The position numbers and the translations under genes were made by a program. DNA of 64,000 bases from positions 12,706-76,705 of the forward strand of contig PGYL01000012.1 in the NCBI GenBank assembly GCA_002839645.1. The letters are read 5' to 3'. The first letter of the stretch is position 1; each line of letters opens with the position of its first letter. The notes below the pieces were generated by a model. That model saw only the letters and a program-made list of their open reading frames with translations. It had not been told where the DNA came from and did no database searches. Origin of the DNA: Methanomicrobiales archaeon HGW-Methanomicrobiales-2. GTDB lineage: Archaea > Halobacteriota > Methanomicrobia > Methanomicrobiales > Methanoculleaceae. Positions 9,027 through 19,055 of the stretch are shown here, in pieces.

Positions 9027-11237
9027 TCACTCCACGCTCCCCGCGTACACCACCTGCCCGAAGCTGATGCACCCGTCCCCGAGCGGGTAGTGCCGGTTGA
9101 TGATCATCTCAAGCCCCGCAGCCCGGACCTCCCCGACGATCGTCTCCCGGATCGCCCGGTTATAGGCCACCCCGCCCGAGAGCGCCACCCGCGGGATCCC
9201 CCGCTCCTCCGCCGCCCGGACGGCCATCGCCGCGACCCCTCGGGCAAGATTATACTGGAACGATGCGGCGATGTCGTTCACCCGCTCCCCGGCGGCCGAC
9301 CGCCGGTAGGCCTCCACGAGGAGCGAGCGGGTCGAGAAAACCTCGCAGCCGTCATCGCCACGCAGGAAGACGAGGTCCCATGCCGAGGATTTTCCGGCAT
9401 ACGCCGCCGACTCGAGTTTCATCGCCGGCTCGCCGTCGTAGGTCCGCTCCCGGCAGATCCCGAGGAGGGCTGCGGCGGCGTCCAGGACCCGGCCGGTGCT
9501 CGAAGTCGCGGCGACGTTCAAGCCCCGCTCCACCTGCCTTGTCAGGACCGCGAGCTCGATGTCGCTCCAGCCCCGTGATGCGAGCAGGTCCCGAACCCCG
9601 GACGTCGGCAGGATGCCGTAAAGCATCCGCTCCGGGAAGCGTGTGGCGATGTCGCCGCCCGGCATCGGGACGACCTCGAGGTGGGCGACCCGGTCGAGGC
9701 GGGGGACCTTCCCGGCAAAGACCTCGCCGCCCCAGATTGTTCCGTCGTCGCCGTAACCCACGCCGTCGATGGCGATCCCGACGCACTCCTCCCGGGTCGC
9801 GGCCGCTATGTGCGCCCGGTGGTGCTGGACGGCGAGGAGTTCTGCCCCGGCCGCTTCGGCAACCTCCCTCGCGTAACGAGTCGAGAGGAACTGCGGGTGG
9901 AGGTCGTGGACGACCCGATCGTACCGGGCCCCGGCCAGCCCCCCGATATTCTCCACCGTCTCCTGCAGGTAGGCGAGAGTCCCGGGGTTTCTGACGTTTC
10001 CCACATGGGGAGAGGTGATGCAGAAGCCGCTCCGGTAGATAGAGATGTTCGCGTTCAGCTCCGGCCCGACGCCGAGGATGCATGCATCACCGAGGTCGAT
10101 CGCCGCCCGCTTCGGGGCAAGGCCCCGCGAGAGACGGATGATGTAGCCGTCCCGGACGACGGAGTCGTCGCACCGGTTGACGATCCGGCGGTCATGGGTG
10201 AGGATGTAGTCCACCTGCCGCGGCAGCCGCTCGAGGGCGACCGCGAGATCGGTGATCATCGGGTAGCCCGGCAGGTTCGCACTCGTCATCACGAGGAGCG
10301 GGTGGGTGAGGCTCGCGAAGAGGAGGTGGTGCAGCCCGGTGTAGGGGAGCATGCACCCGATGGTGTGGAGGTTGGAGATCCCCGGGTGCGACGCAGGGTC
10401 CCTTTTTTCGAGCACCACGATCGGCCGTTCCCGGGAGTTGAGGATCCGCTGCTCCTCGTCCGATACGACCGCGATCCGCTCCACCTCCCCGGCAGTCGCC
10501 ATCACCGCGAGCGGCTGCTCCGTCCGGCCCAGGCGGTGTTTCAGCTCGCCGGCCGCCTCTTCTGTGCAGGCGATATGGAATCCCCCGATCCCCCGGATGG
10601 CGACGATCGAACCGGTATCCAGGAGAACTGCCGCTTCCCGGACGGGATCCGCCACCGCGAGCGGCGTCCCGTCGGCCCGAAAGAGGGCGAGGTGGGGCCC
10701 GCAGGCCGCACAGGCGATCGTCTGTGCGTGGTGGCGCCGGCACGACGGATCGGTGTACTCGCTCCCGCAAGCGGTACACATCGGAAACTCCGCCATCGAC
10801 GTCCGTTCCCGGTCGTAGGGGATAGCGTTGATGATGCTGTACCGCGGGCCGCAGTTAACGCAGGACGTGGCCCAATACCCTTCGTACCGCCCGCCCGGCG
10901 TGAATATGTCGGCGATGCAGTCGTCACAGGTGGCGACGTCGGTCGGGATGAATCCCGAGAGGCTCCCGGAGCCGCTCTCAAGGATGGTAAAGTTATCGGG
11001 GGGGTTACCGCGCAGATTATGGACATCTACGGAATCTATTTGAGATAACGGCGTCCCCCGGGAAACGGCCTCCAGGAATTCCTCGAAGCGATCCCCGAAT
11101 GCATGGATCTCCACCTCGCTCCCGAGGTTTTTAACGGTCCCGGTGATCCCGTATTCCCGGGCCTTTGCATAGACGAAGGGACGAAATCCGACTCCCTGGA
11201 CGATGCCCCGGATGATGATAATGCCACATGTACGCAT
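9027..11237 (-). CDS. hypF: Carbamoyltransferase HypF (hydrogenase maturation)
   Basis: N-terminal acylphosphatase GIVQGVGFRPF; two zinc fingers (CDDC...CVNCGPR; CTAC...CAACGP); DLHPQFLST, QHHRAH, GDGCISFGQ. Confidence 0.96.
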   Translation of the reverse strand: MRTCGIIIIRGIVQGVGFRPFVYAKAREYGITGTVKNLGSEVEIHAFGDRFEEFLEAVSRGTPLSQIDSVDVHNLRGNPPDNFTILESGSGSLSGFIPTDVATCDDCIADIFTPGGRYEGYWATSCVNCGPRYSIINAIPYDRERTSMAEFPMCTACGSEYTDPSCRRHHAQTIACAACGPHLALFRADGTPLAVADPVREAAVLLDTGSIVAIRGIGGFHIACTEEAAGELKHRLGRTEQPLAVMATAGEVERIAVVSDEEQRILNSRERPIVVLEKRDPASHPGISNLHTIGCMLPYTGLHHLLFASLTHPLLVMTSANLPGYPMITDLAVALERLPRQVDYILTHDRRIVNRCDDSVVRDGYIIRLSRGLAPKRAAIDLGDACILGVGPELNANISIYRSGFCITSPHVGNVRNPGTLAYLQETVENIGGLAGARYDRVVHDLHPQFLSTRYAREVAEAAGAELLAVQHHRAHIAAATREECVGIAIDGVGYGDDGTIWGGEVFAGKVPRLDRVAHLEVVPMPGGDIATRFPERMLYGILPTSGVRDLLASRGWSDIELAVLTRQVERGLNVAATSSTGRVLDAAAALLGICRERTYDGEPAMKLESAAYAGKSSAWDLVFLRGDDGCEVFSTRSLLVEAYRRSAAGERVNDIAASFQYNLARGVAAMAVRAAEERGIPRVALSGGVAYNRAIRETIVGEVRAAGLEMIINRHYPLGDGCISFGQVVYAGSVE

Positions 11238-11294
11238 TGAGATTTCAGCAAAAATTTATGGAGTTATACAGCGATATAACTATAGGGTATCGCA

Positions 11295-11807
11295 GTGACG
11301 GGACATATTAAAATTCTTAACGATCCGGTGGAACTGGTTCCTCTTCTTATAACGTTCAATAATGCCGATTATAAAAAAATCTACGAACTCTTAAACAAGG
11401 CATGGCTGACCGAGGATGACCTCGGGGTGTACGCCGGGATCTCGACGGTGGCCGAGTGCCTCTCTATCCTCAAGAAGGGAAACCTTATCGAAGAACAGTG
11501 GCGGATGCCCAAGCCCGGAGAGAAGCCGACGAAGGAATACCGGGCGACATACAGCAAGTTCAGAGCAAGTTTCCAGTGTTCTATGGGTGATATCGGAGAT
11601 CTGTTGCATATCGCCGTCTCAAACGACGAGGGCCTCCGTACGATCGTGGACTCGGTCGAGCAGGAGATTGTGGCCGGGACCACCTCGATCGGCGACATAT
11701 CCCGGAAATACGGGGTCAGCCCGACCTTCATCAAGGGACTGGCGAAGAGGATTCCCGGTCTCGACGTGAAAGGGCAGGGAATGGTGTTGCTTGACCGACT
11801 TCACTGA
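11295..11807 (+). CDS. ArsR-like winged-helix protein conserved in methanogens
   Basis: wHTH-like LSILKKGNLIEEQWRMPKPGEKPTKEYRA; GTG start; divergent from hypF. Confidence 0.7.
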   Translation: MTGHIKILNDPVELVPLLITFNNADYKKIYELLNKAWLTEDDLGVYAGISTVAECLSILKKGNLIEEQWRMPKPGEKPTKEYRATYSKFRASFQCSMGDIGDLLHIAVSNDEGLRTIVDSVEQEIVAGTTSIGDISRKYGVSPTFIKGLAKRIPGLDVKGQGMVLLDRLH

Positions 11808-12600
11808 CGACCCGCTCTACGTCATCCTGCGCAGTAAACGGGAGGCCACCCGGTTCCAGATTCTCGTAGAGATCGCCGAACACCAGCCGGCCGTCCGGCA
11901 GCAGGAGATCGCCGGGAAGCTCGGCGTGACACCCCAGGCCGTCTCCGAGTACATCCGGGAACTGGTGGATGAGGGACTCGTCACCGCTCACGGCCGGGGC
12001 CGGTACGAGGTGACGAAGAACGGGATCGAGTGGGTTCTGCGGCACGCCGAGGCACTCGAATCCTATGCCCGCCATATCAACCGCGATATCATCCAGCAGG
12101 TGGCGGTCTGGACGGCTATCGCCCGGGACGAGATCCACAACGGGGATACCGTCGGCGTTCTCATGCAGGACGGCTGGCTCTATGCGACGAAAGAAGAGCA
12201 GAGCGCTACAGGTCTCGCGACCATGGATGCGGAGCCCGGGGAAGATCTCGGTGTCGCCCGGTTAAACGGCATCATCAAGCATGAGGAGGGGCTCATCCAC
12301 GTCTGCAAGGTGCCGCGGGTGGAGCGGGGCGGGTCCCGACAGGTCCGCACCGACCTCCTCCGGGATGCTGTCCGCGACGCCGAGATGGTGGCCGCCGTCG
12401 GCCTCGAGTCCTATGTGGCTCTCCGGAAGGCGGATATCCAGCCGGACATGTTTTTCGGCTCCCGCGAGGGGGTCATCGAGGCGGCGTTCCACGGCCGGGA
12501 GTGCGCAATACTTATCGTTGATGAGGAGTTTACCGACTTTCTCAAGCGACTGGAGACGGTGGGGCTCACCTACACGATCCACGACCTGATTGCACCATGA
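11791..12600 (+). CDS. MarR/Crp-type HTH transcriptional regulator (COG1497-like)
   Basis: QQEIAGKLGVTPQAVSEYIRELVDEGLV...GRGRYEVT; overlaps both neighbours. Confidence 0.8.
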   Translation: MTDFTDDPLYVILRSKREATRFQILVEIAEHQPAVRQQEIAGKLGVTPQAVSEYIRELVDEGLVTAHGRGRYEVTKNGIEWVLRHAEALESYARHINRDIIQQVAVWTAIARDEIHNGDTVGVLMQDGWLYATKEEQSATGLATMDAEPGEDLGVARLNGIIKHEEGLIHVCKVPRVERGGSRQVRTDLLRDAVRDAEMVAAVGLESYVALRKADIQPDMFFGSREGVIEAAFHGRECAILIVDEEFTDFLKRLETVGLTYTIHDLIAP

Positions 12601-14606
12601 AGGTTATCGTCCAGCCCCAGAAAGGCACATATAAGTTACTGTTCGTCGAAGGCGGCCGCGTCGAAGGCTCCGGGTTCGTCGACCTGACCGCGACCCCGAA
12701 GGGCCAGCGGCCCAAGAATTTCAAGATGCGCAGGCGGGGGAAACAACTCAAACCCACCCCGACCCGGGACCTGATCACACTGCTCCGCCGGTCATCGGTG
12801 CATCTTGCAGCGAAGAGCCCGGAGTTTGAGTCGTTCCTTGCCGACCTCCAGATCCCGTCGACACGGATCAACATCTGCCGGTTCTGCCAGCTCGAGGACA
12901 GGTTTGTGCCCGTCGATAAGACGACCGGCGTGCGGTACGGCGGCGAGTGGATCTGCATGGACTGCGCCAAGCGCGAGATGCGCCGGGAGCTCGGCTACCT
13001 GGGAAGATTCGGGGGCTCCGTGCTCGTCCACCTCGAGAAACTCCTCGTCCAGGTCCGGGACCTCGACCGGGTGCTGGCGTCGGTGGGGCCCGAACATCCC
13101 GACCGGAAGCGAACCCTCTTTGACCGGCTTGAGGCGCACGAGGTCCAGGATACGGTTCACATCACCGATCTCCCGCTGCCCCCCGCGTTCGCGCAGGCTG
13201 CCGGGGTCGATTACCTGATGCCCGTCCAGCAGCTTGCCGTTCAGGCAGGGCTTCTTGAGGGACAGCACCTCCTCGTCGTCTCGGCCACCGCGAGCGGCAA
13301 GACCTTCATCGGGGAGATGGCCGGGATGAAGAACTTCCTTGAAGGGCGGGGAAGAATGCTCTTCCTGGTCCCGCTGGTCGCGCTCGCGAACCAGAAGTAC
13401 CAGCGGTTCCGTGACCGCTACGGTCACCTTGTTCGGGTCACCCTGCAGGTCGGGGTGAGCCGCCTCAACCTCCCTGAGACCCGCCCGGCGGGGGACCGGG
13501 ACGTCAACGCTTCCGTCGTGGTGGGGACCTACGAGGGGATCGACCACGCTCTCCGGACCGGGAGATCGCTAAAGGACATCGGGACCGTCGTCATCGACGA
13601 GGTCCAGATGCTTGAGGACCCCGAGCGGGGCCACCGTCTCGACGGGCTGATCGCCCGGCTCAAGCATATCGCCCCTGATGCCCAGTTCCTCTATCTCTCG
13701 GCCACGATCGGGGCCCCCGGGCTGCTTGCGGAGAAACTCCGGACGAACCTGGTCCGCTACGCGGACCGGCCGGTACCGCTCGAGCGGCACCTCATCTTCA
13801 CCGAGCGGTCCAAGAAGATCGGGTTCATCAAGCAGATGGTCGTCGAGGAGTACAAGATGCGATCGTCCAAGGGTTACCGTGGCCAGACGATCGTCTTCAC
13901 CAATTCCCGGGCCCGTTGCCACGTCATCGCCGATGCCCTCGGCAAGACTGCAGCTCCCTACCATGCGGGGCTGACCGCCCAGGAACGCCGGGACGTGGAG
14001 CGGCGGTTCGCGAACGGAGAGATTGCCGCCGTCGTGACCACGGCGGCGCTTGCCGCCGGCGTCGACTTCCCGGCATCCCAGGTGATCTTCGACGCGCTTG
14101 CCATGGGCATCAAGTGGCTTTCCGTCCAGGAGTTCTACCAGATGATGGGACGGGCGGGCCGGCCGGACTTCCACGACCTCGGCCGGGTAGTCATCATGGC
14201 GGAGCCCGGAGGATCGTACTCCCGGGCGTCCGGGAAGACCGAGGAGGAGGTCGCGGTCGGTCTCCTGCGGGGCGAGATGGAGGAGGTCGCTCCCGAGTAC
14301 GACATGGAGCAGAGCACGGAGGAGTTCGTCGCGAACGCCGTGATCTGCGGCGGCGACGAGCAGCAGGTCATCAAGATGACCCACACGATGGTCGGGGCGC
14401 TGGAGCCGGCCCTCCCGACGCTCCTTGACTACGGGCTGGTCCGGCGGCGGGCGGGGCGTATCGAACTCACCGATATGGCCCGGGTGATGGCCGAGCACTT
14501 CATCGGCGCCGAACGCCTGATCGAGATCAGGGACATGGTCCAGCGGGTGGACGATGCGGCCGAGATCATCGCAGAACTCGAATGTGCCGAGGAGAAGGCG
14601 CCTTAG
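12597..14606 (+). CDS. Archaea-specific Ski2-like DEAD/DEAH helicase (ASH type)
   Basis: SATASGKT, VIDEVQ, YLSAT, YHAGL, QMMGRAGR; N-terminal CxxC pair (CRFC, CMDC). Confidence 0.9.
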   Translation: MKVIVQPQKGTYKLLFVEGGRVEGSGFVDLTATPKGQRPKNFKMRRRGKQLKPTPTRDLITLLRRSSVHLAAKSPEFESFLADLQIPSTRINICRFCQLEDRFVPVDKTTGVRYGGEWICMDCAKREMRRELGYLGRFGGSVLVHLEKLLVQVRDLDRVLASVGPEHPDRKRTLFDRLEAHEVQDTVHITDLPLPPAFAQAAGVDYLMPVQQLAVQAGLLEGQHLLVVSATASGKTFIGEMAGMKNFLEGRGRMLFLVPLVALANQKYQRFRDRYGHLVRVTLQVGVSRLNLPETRPAGDRDVNASVVVGTYEGIDHALRTGRSLKDIGTVVIDEVQMLEDPERGHRLDGLIARLKHIAPDAQFLYLSATIGAPGLLAEKLRTNLVRYADRPVPLERHLIFTERSKKIGFIKQMVVEEYKMRSSKGYRGQTIVFTNSRARCHVIADALGKTAAPYHAGLTAQERRDVERRFANGEIAAVVTTAALAAGVDFPASQVIFDALAMGIKWLSVQEFYQMMGRAGRPDFHDLGRVVIMAEPGGSYSRASGKTEEEVAVGLLRGEMEEVAPEYDMEQSTEEFVANAVICGGDEQQVIKMTHTMVGALEPALPTLLDYGLVRRRAGRIELTDMARVMAEHFIGAERLIEIRDMVQRVDDAAEIIAELECAEEKAP

Positions 14607-14663
14607 GGACCTGGGTTAGCGCCCTTTCTCGTGCTCTGCGGATACAGCCCAAACCCCTCTCCC

Positions 14664-15740
14664 TCACCGGTACCGCTCCAGGTACTCCCGCACCTTTTCC
14701 GACTCCACCCACCCTTCGTCGAGCTGCCGGAGGATCGCCTTGATCTGCCGGACCTGCTCGCGGATCTTCTCGGCGCGCTCGTCGTCGATGAGGTCGGCCA
14801 TCCCCTGGACGACCTGAAGGGGGTTTCGGATGTGGTCGGTCAGGACCGCGAACTGCTCGATATTTCTCTCGATCTGCTGGTATGCTTCTCTCCTCTCCTC
14901 TTCAATCCTCTCCCGCTCTTTCATCTCGCGCCTGAGACTCTCGTTTGCCGTCTGGAGTTCGTTGGTCCGCTGCGTCACCAGTTCCTCCAGGCGGTAACGG
15001 TACTCCATCAGCTCTTTCTCGGCCCGCCGCCTCTCCGTCACATCCCGCGCGATGATGAGGATCGCCGGCGTGCCCCCGAGGCTGATGCGGTGGATGCTCG
15101 CCTCGACGGGGATCCGCTCGCCCTCCCGGGGAATCAGGTCGGCGCTGTAGAACTGGTGGTCGTCTCTCGCAAAGTCGCTCCTGATCTGGATGACCGACCG
15201 GGGGGCGACGGCGAAGAGTTCCTCCCAGGCATACCCAAGGCACCGGCAGGCGAGCGCGTTCGCGTCCAGTATCCGGTAGGGCGTCCCTTCCCTCCCCACT
15301 GCGCATACGAGCAGGAAGTCGTTCCCGCTGTCAAAGAGGAGGTGGTAGCGGTCCCTGCTCTCCCGGAGTTCCTGCCGGGAGCGTTCCACCTCATCGAGCA
15401 TCAGGTTGACCTCGCCAACAAACCGTGAGACCGGATCGCCCCCGATTGCCGGGAGATGCGGCGGGACACCGGTCCCTGTCTTGATGGCCTCGATGCTTGC
15501 ATCCATGCCGGCGATGCGGGCGGCCACTTCCCGCTCCTTGAGCCAGATGCCGAGCAGCCCGAAGCCGATGCCGATGAAGAGGAGTTCGAAGAGCAGGACC
15601 ACCGGGGTGGTCCAGATCTGCCCCGGGAGATCGAACGGGAGGGCGAGCGCGAGGAGGGGGGCGGGACCGCGGGCACCGGGCGTGCAGGGGCCCGCAGGTG
15701 GGGCAGCCGGGAACCGGGGTGCATTCTTGCAGGGGTCCAT
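14664..15740 (-). CDS. Membrane PAS-domain signalling protein ending in a HisKA-like helix pair, without an ATPase domain
   Basis: One TM segment, HAMP-like GGDPVSRFVGEVNLML, PAS/PAC (DANALACRCLGY...IARDVTERR), then LTDHIRNPLQVV and a stop about 45 aa later. Confidence 0.75.
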   Translation of the reverse strand: MDPCKNAPRFPAAPPAGPCTPGARGPAPLLALALPFDLPGQIWTTPVVLLFELLFIGIGFGLLGIWLKEREVAARIAGMDASIEAIKTGTGVPPHLPAIGGDPVSRFVGEVNLMLDEVERSRQELRESRDRYHLLFDSGNDFLLVCAVGREGTPYRILDANALACRCLGYAWEELFAVAPRSVIQIRSDFARDDHQFYSADLIPREGERIPVEASIHRISLGGTPAILIIARDVTERRRAEKELMEYRYRLEELVTQRTNELQTANESLRREMKERERIEEERREAYQQIERNIEQFAVLTDHIRNPLQVVQGMADLIDDERAEKIREQVRQIKAILRQLDEGWVESEKVREYLERYR

Positions 15741-16041
15741 GCTGTTGTATCGTATCGCTTGTGTCGGGTGGCTACCCGCCCGTGGGCTGCGGGATGCACC
15801 CGGGGGGTCTTCCGGTCACCCTGCGGGTGGCTATCATGGCTATTCCGGCGCGCTGATGGAAAGCGCGCCACTGTAACCCAAGGTGGTGAATAGAGTATTT
15901 AATAGTTTCCTATGTGAGGGTAGAGTTTACGGTCTGAATAGGTCTTTTCAATCCTGAGTGCGCACGCTGGGAGGTATCAGAAGAGTTATATCGGTCTTTC
16001 CCCCGGTGCCGCCGGGGGAGAGGACCATGAGGAGAACGTGC

Positions 16042-17235
16042 CTATCCGGACTCTGAAACATTTCCGCCGGTGCCTTCCCGGGCGTTCCTGCGCATTAGCA
16101 CGGCGAAGATTGCGGTCCCGATGAGGCTTATCGCCCCGCCCACGTAGAAGACGGCGTCGATGCCGATGGAATCCATGAAGACTCCCCCCATCAGCGGTGC
16201 GATGATCATGCCGATCCCGAAGATCGTGTTGTAGGCACCCATCGAGGTTCCCATCCCGATGGTCCGGCCCGCATCGACCGTCAGGGCCATGATGGCCGGC
16301 TGCTGGATGGCACCCCCGACACCGACGATGGAAGTGATCACGAGCAGGGGCCAGAACGACCCCGAGAAGGGGATTGCAGCGAGTGCTACCGCTGCTATGA
16401 CTGAGCCGGTGACAATCAGGGCGACCTTGTTCCCGGTGTCGGTGAGCCTCCCGATCGGCACCTGGAGGAGCGCCATCAGGAAGGTGTTCGCGGAGAGGAC
16501 GATGCCCACTTCAAATGGACTGATCGCTATCAGCGGGCCGAAGACCGGGATGAAGACCATCATGCCTCCGCGGCCGAGAGCACTGATGAGGGTGAAGATC
16601 ATGACGCCTCGCATGACCGGCAGCGTGAAGATCGCCCGCATCGGGATGGGTTTTCCGTCCGGAACCGCGAATGAACCCGGCTTCGCCTCGGGGAGGGAGA
16701 TGGCGACGAGGAGCGTGGCGAACGCCGAGAGGCCGGCCATGACGTAAAAGACCGAGTCCATCCCGAACGTGTCGTTGAGGAACCCTCCAAGCAGCGGCCC
16801 CACCCCCATGCCGAGGAACATCGAGATGGAGAAATTCCCCATCCGGCTCCCTTCCTTCCCCTTCTCCGAGAGGTCCGCGATGTAGGCCATGGCTATCGGG
16901 ACGACCATGGCTGACGCGATCCCGTGGATGAGGCGGACGACCGTGAGGGAGTAGACGCTGTCGGCGATGAGGTAGGTGAGCGACGTGACCGCGTAGGCGA
17001 ACATGCCGATGAGGATGATCCATTTCCGTCCCCGTCGATCCGATATTCGCCCGATGACAGGCATGAAGACCGACCGGGAGAGCGCGAAGGCAGAGAAAAT
17101 GATGCCGAGCCAGATGCCGGTCGCTCCGAGATTCTCCGCGTAGATGGGGAGGAGCGGGCTGACGACACCAAGCCCGAGCATGGTGGCAAAAACGGAGATG
17201 AATAAGACGTTATAGATTCGTTTGGCGGTATTCAT
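16042..17235 (-). CDS. MFS transporter (DHA1-like)
   Basis: About 12 hydrophobic segments; motif A GRISDRRGRK and second-half GRLTDTGNK; start taken at MNTAKRIY. Confidence 0.9.
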   Translation of the reverse strand: MNTAKRIYNVLFISVFATMLGLGVVSPLLPIYAENLGATGIWLGIIFSAFALSRSVFMPVIGRISDRRGRKWIILIGMFAYAVTSLTYLIADSVYSLTVVRLIHGIASAMVVPIAMAYIADLSEKGKEGSRMGNFSISMFLGMGVGPLLGGFLNDTFGMDSVFYVMAGLSAFATLLVAISLPEAKPGSFAVPDGKPIPMRAIFTLPVMRGVMIFTLISALGRGGMMVFIPVFGPLIAISPFEVGIVLSANTFLMALLQVPIGRLTDTGNKVALIVTGSVIAAVALAAIPFSGSFWPLLVITSIVGVGGAIQQPAIMALTVDAGRTIGMGTSMGAYNTIFGIGMIIAPLMGGVFMDSIGIDAVFYVGGAISLIGTAIFAVLMRRNAREGTGGNVSESG

Positions 17236-17357
17236 ATTGGTTACACCGGGTTTGAGGACCAACGCCGCAGACAGACTTGCGGCGAGCACGTTCACAATTG
17301 CGGGAAAAAAGGTTGGCGGTGCTCTGCCTTATATATTGGCCCGGTCGCCGTCTGAGA

Positions 17358-18194
17358 TCAGACACGCCGCGCGACGCAGCACCACCGGTCGTAGATGGGG
17401 TCGCGCTGGTTCTCGAAGACCTCGGCGTTCCGCCCCTCTTCCCTGCACCACCCCTCCACCCGGGCCGCCTCGGCCTCCGTGCCGACGGTGATCAGCGTCT
17501 CATCGGTGAGGGCGAGGAGCCCGGTGATGATCGGCTCCCAGAGGCCGGTATTGTAGGAGTAGATCTCCCCGGCCATGAAGGCGGCGCCGAGAGGCACCGG
17601 AGTAACGTAACAGGAAGCTTCCTGCGCGTCGATGCACATGGTGTCGGAGGGCACGAGGCGGCCCCGGCTAAGCCCGAGCGCGAGGAGGGCCGGATCGTTG
17701 TCGTAGGCGATCGCCCGCACCCCGCCCGCCCGAAGGGCCGCGGTGCCGACACCCGACCCGCAGCAGCAGTCGAGACAGGGGGTTCCCGCACGGTCGCCCC
17801 AGACTTCGTCGAGGAGGTCGCGGATCTTCCCTTCCCGGTCGGGGCGCAGGTCTTCGAGGGCAGGGTGGACGTTTCTGCAGATATCGAGGCTGTAATATTC
17901 ACGGACTGCCGAGAGCCACGCTTCTCTGCTCTCCTGGTAGATCTCGCCGCCGACGGTCTCGAAGCATTCGATGGCGTCGAGCGTCGGATCCCGAAAGAGG
18001 AACGAGGCGACGTGCCAGCCCCCGTCGTCGTGGAGCGCGAGCGCGAGCGGCTCCTCGTCCTCGTCGACCAGAAGGCGGCCTTCTTCCGGCACGGCCTGGA
18101 ACAGCAGGGCCGTACAGGCGTCTATCGTCAGTTCCGCAAACGACGGTTCAACCAGCCGGCACCCGTCGACCTCAAGGATCTCAGTAACCTTCAT
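17358..18194 (-). CDS. Class I SAM-dependent methyltransferase-like protein
   Basis: LDCCCGSGVG motif I and AYDND motif II; start MKVTEILE overlaps the upstream stop (ATGA). Confidence 0.7.
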   Translation of the reverse strand: MKVTEILEVDGCRLVEPSFAELTIDACTALLFQAVPEEGRLLVDEDEEPLALALHDDGGWHVASFLFRDPTLDAIECFETVGGEIYQESREAWLSAVREYYSLDICRNVHPALEDLRPDREGKIRDLLDEVWGDRAGTPCLDCCCGSGVGTAALRAGGVRAIAYDNDPALLALGLSRGRLVPSDTMCIDAQEASCYVTPVPLGAAFMAGEIYSYNTGLWEPIITGLLALTDETLITVGTEAEAARVEGWCREEGRNAEVFENQRDPIYDRWCCVARRV

Positions 18195-19039
18195 GTCGCT
18201 CGCCTCTCGATCTTTAAGCCCCCCGGTGCCCGGATGACCCCGTCCACGCGGGCGTCCTCGTGCAGGGTGAGGCACAGGCAGGAGACGTTCCCGAGGATAT
18301 GCACCTCTTGCTCGACCACCACGTCGCCGTCGCTCTGGACGTCGCCGTGGATGACCGATCCTCGTGCGATGCTCGCACCCTGGCGCAGGTGGAGGCTCCC
18401 GAAGATCGTCGTCTTCTCCCGGACCGCAATTGAGCTCGCACGGATGTTCCCATGCAGCCGGCACCCTGCCCCGACGACCATTCTCTCCGGGACCGAGAAG
18501 GTCTGCATATTGAGGACGGCGCCGGTCGGGATCATCAGCGGCGTGGCAGCTGTGGCCTCGTCATCGCCGAAGAGTTTCTGGAGGACAGAGGTCAGTTCTT
18601 CCTCCTTCTCGATCCCGAGGACGGCCACCAGGTACATCACGATGTAAATGATGACCGGCATCGGGTTCCTTATGGAGATCCAGCCTTTTGCCTCGAACCC
18701 GCGCTCGATCTGGACGTTGTCCCCGATATCGAGATCGCCTCTGACGATCAGCTTCCCCTGGATCTTCACCCCCTCGCCGAGGTAGGCGTCCTCCTCCACG
18801 AGAACGTCGCCGTTGATCTCGCACCAGTTATCTATTCTGGCGTCGCCGCCCGCAACAATGTTTCCGTTGATCTTGCTGAATTCACAGACCACGACGTCGT
18901 TTCCAAAGAGGCCGTAATCGATACGGCACCTCTCACCGATGACGATGTCCTGCTCGGTCTTGAGCGTCCTCTCCTGAAGCTCGGTATTGTCCGGGAGGGT
19001 GCAGGCCCTGATCCAGTCGTGGTCTCCTGTTGGTTCCAT
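18191..19039 (-). CDS. Bactofilin-like / polymer-forming beta-helix protein
   Basis: Two blocks of I/V-x-G-x-I/V repeats (KINGNIVAGG, EINGDVLV, KIQGKLIV; RLHGNIRA, VIHGDVQSDG, RVDGVIRA) separated by a hydrophobic segment. Confidence 0.7.
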   Translation of the reverse strand: MEPTGDHDWIRACTLPDNTELQERTLKTEQDIVIGERCRIDYGLFGNDVVVCEFSKINGNIVAGGDARIDNWCEINGDVLVEEDAYLGEGVKIQGKLIVRGDLDIGDNVQIERGFEAKGWISIRNPMPVIIYIVMYLVAVLGIEKEEELTSVLQKLFGDDEATAATPLMIPTGAVLNMQTFSVPERMVVGAGCRLHGNIRASSIAVREKTTIFGSLHLRQGASIARGSVIHGDVQSDGDVVVEQEVHILGNVSCLCLTLHEDARVDGVIRAPGGLKIERRAT

Positions 19040-19055
19040 TTACCCGGTATAGTCT

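Noticed and set aside
15845-15880. Cobalamin or fluoride riboswitch (GCCACTGTAA and GCTGATG fragments)
   Set aside because: Only short word matches; the remaining consensus elements and the expected downstream genes are absent
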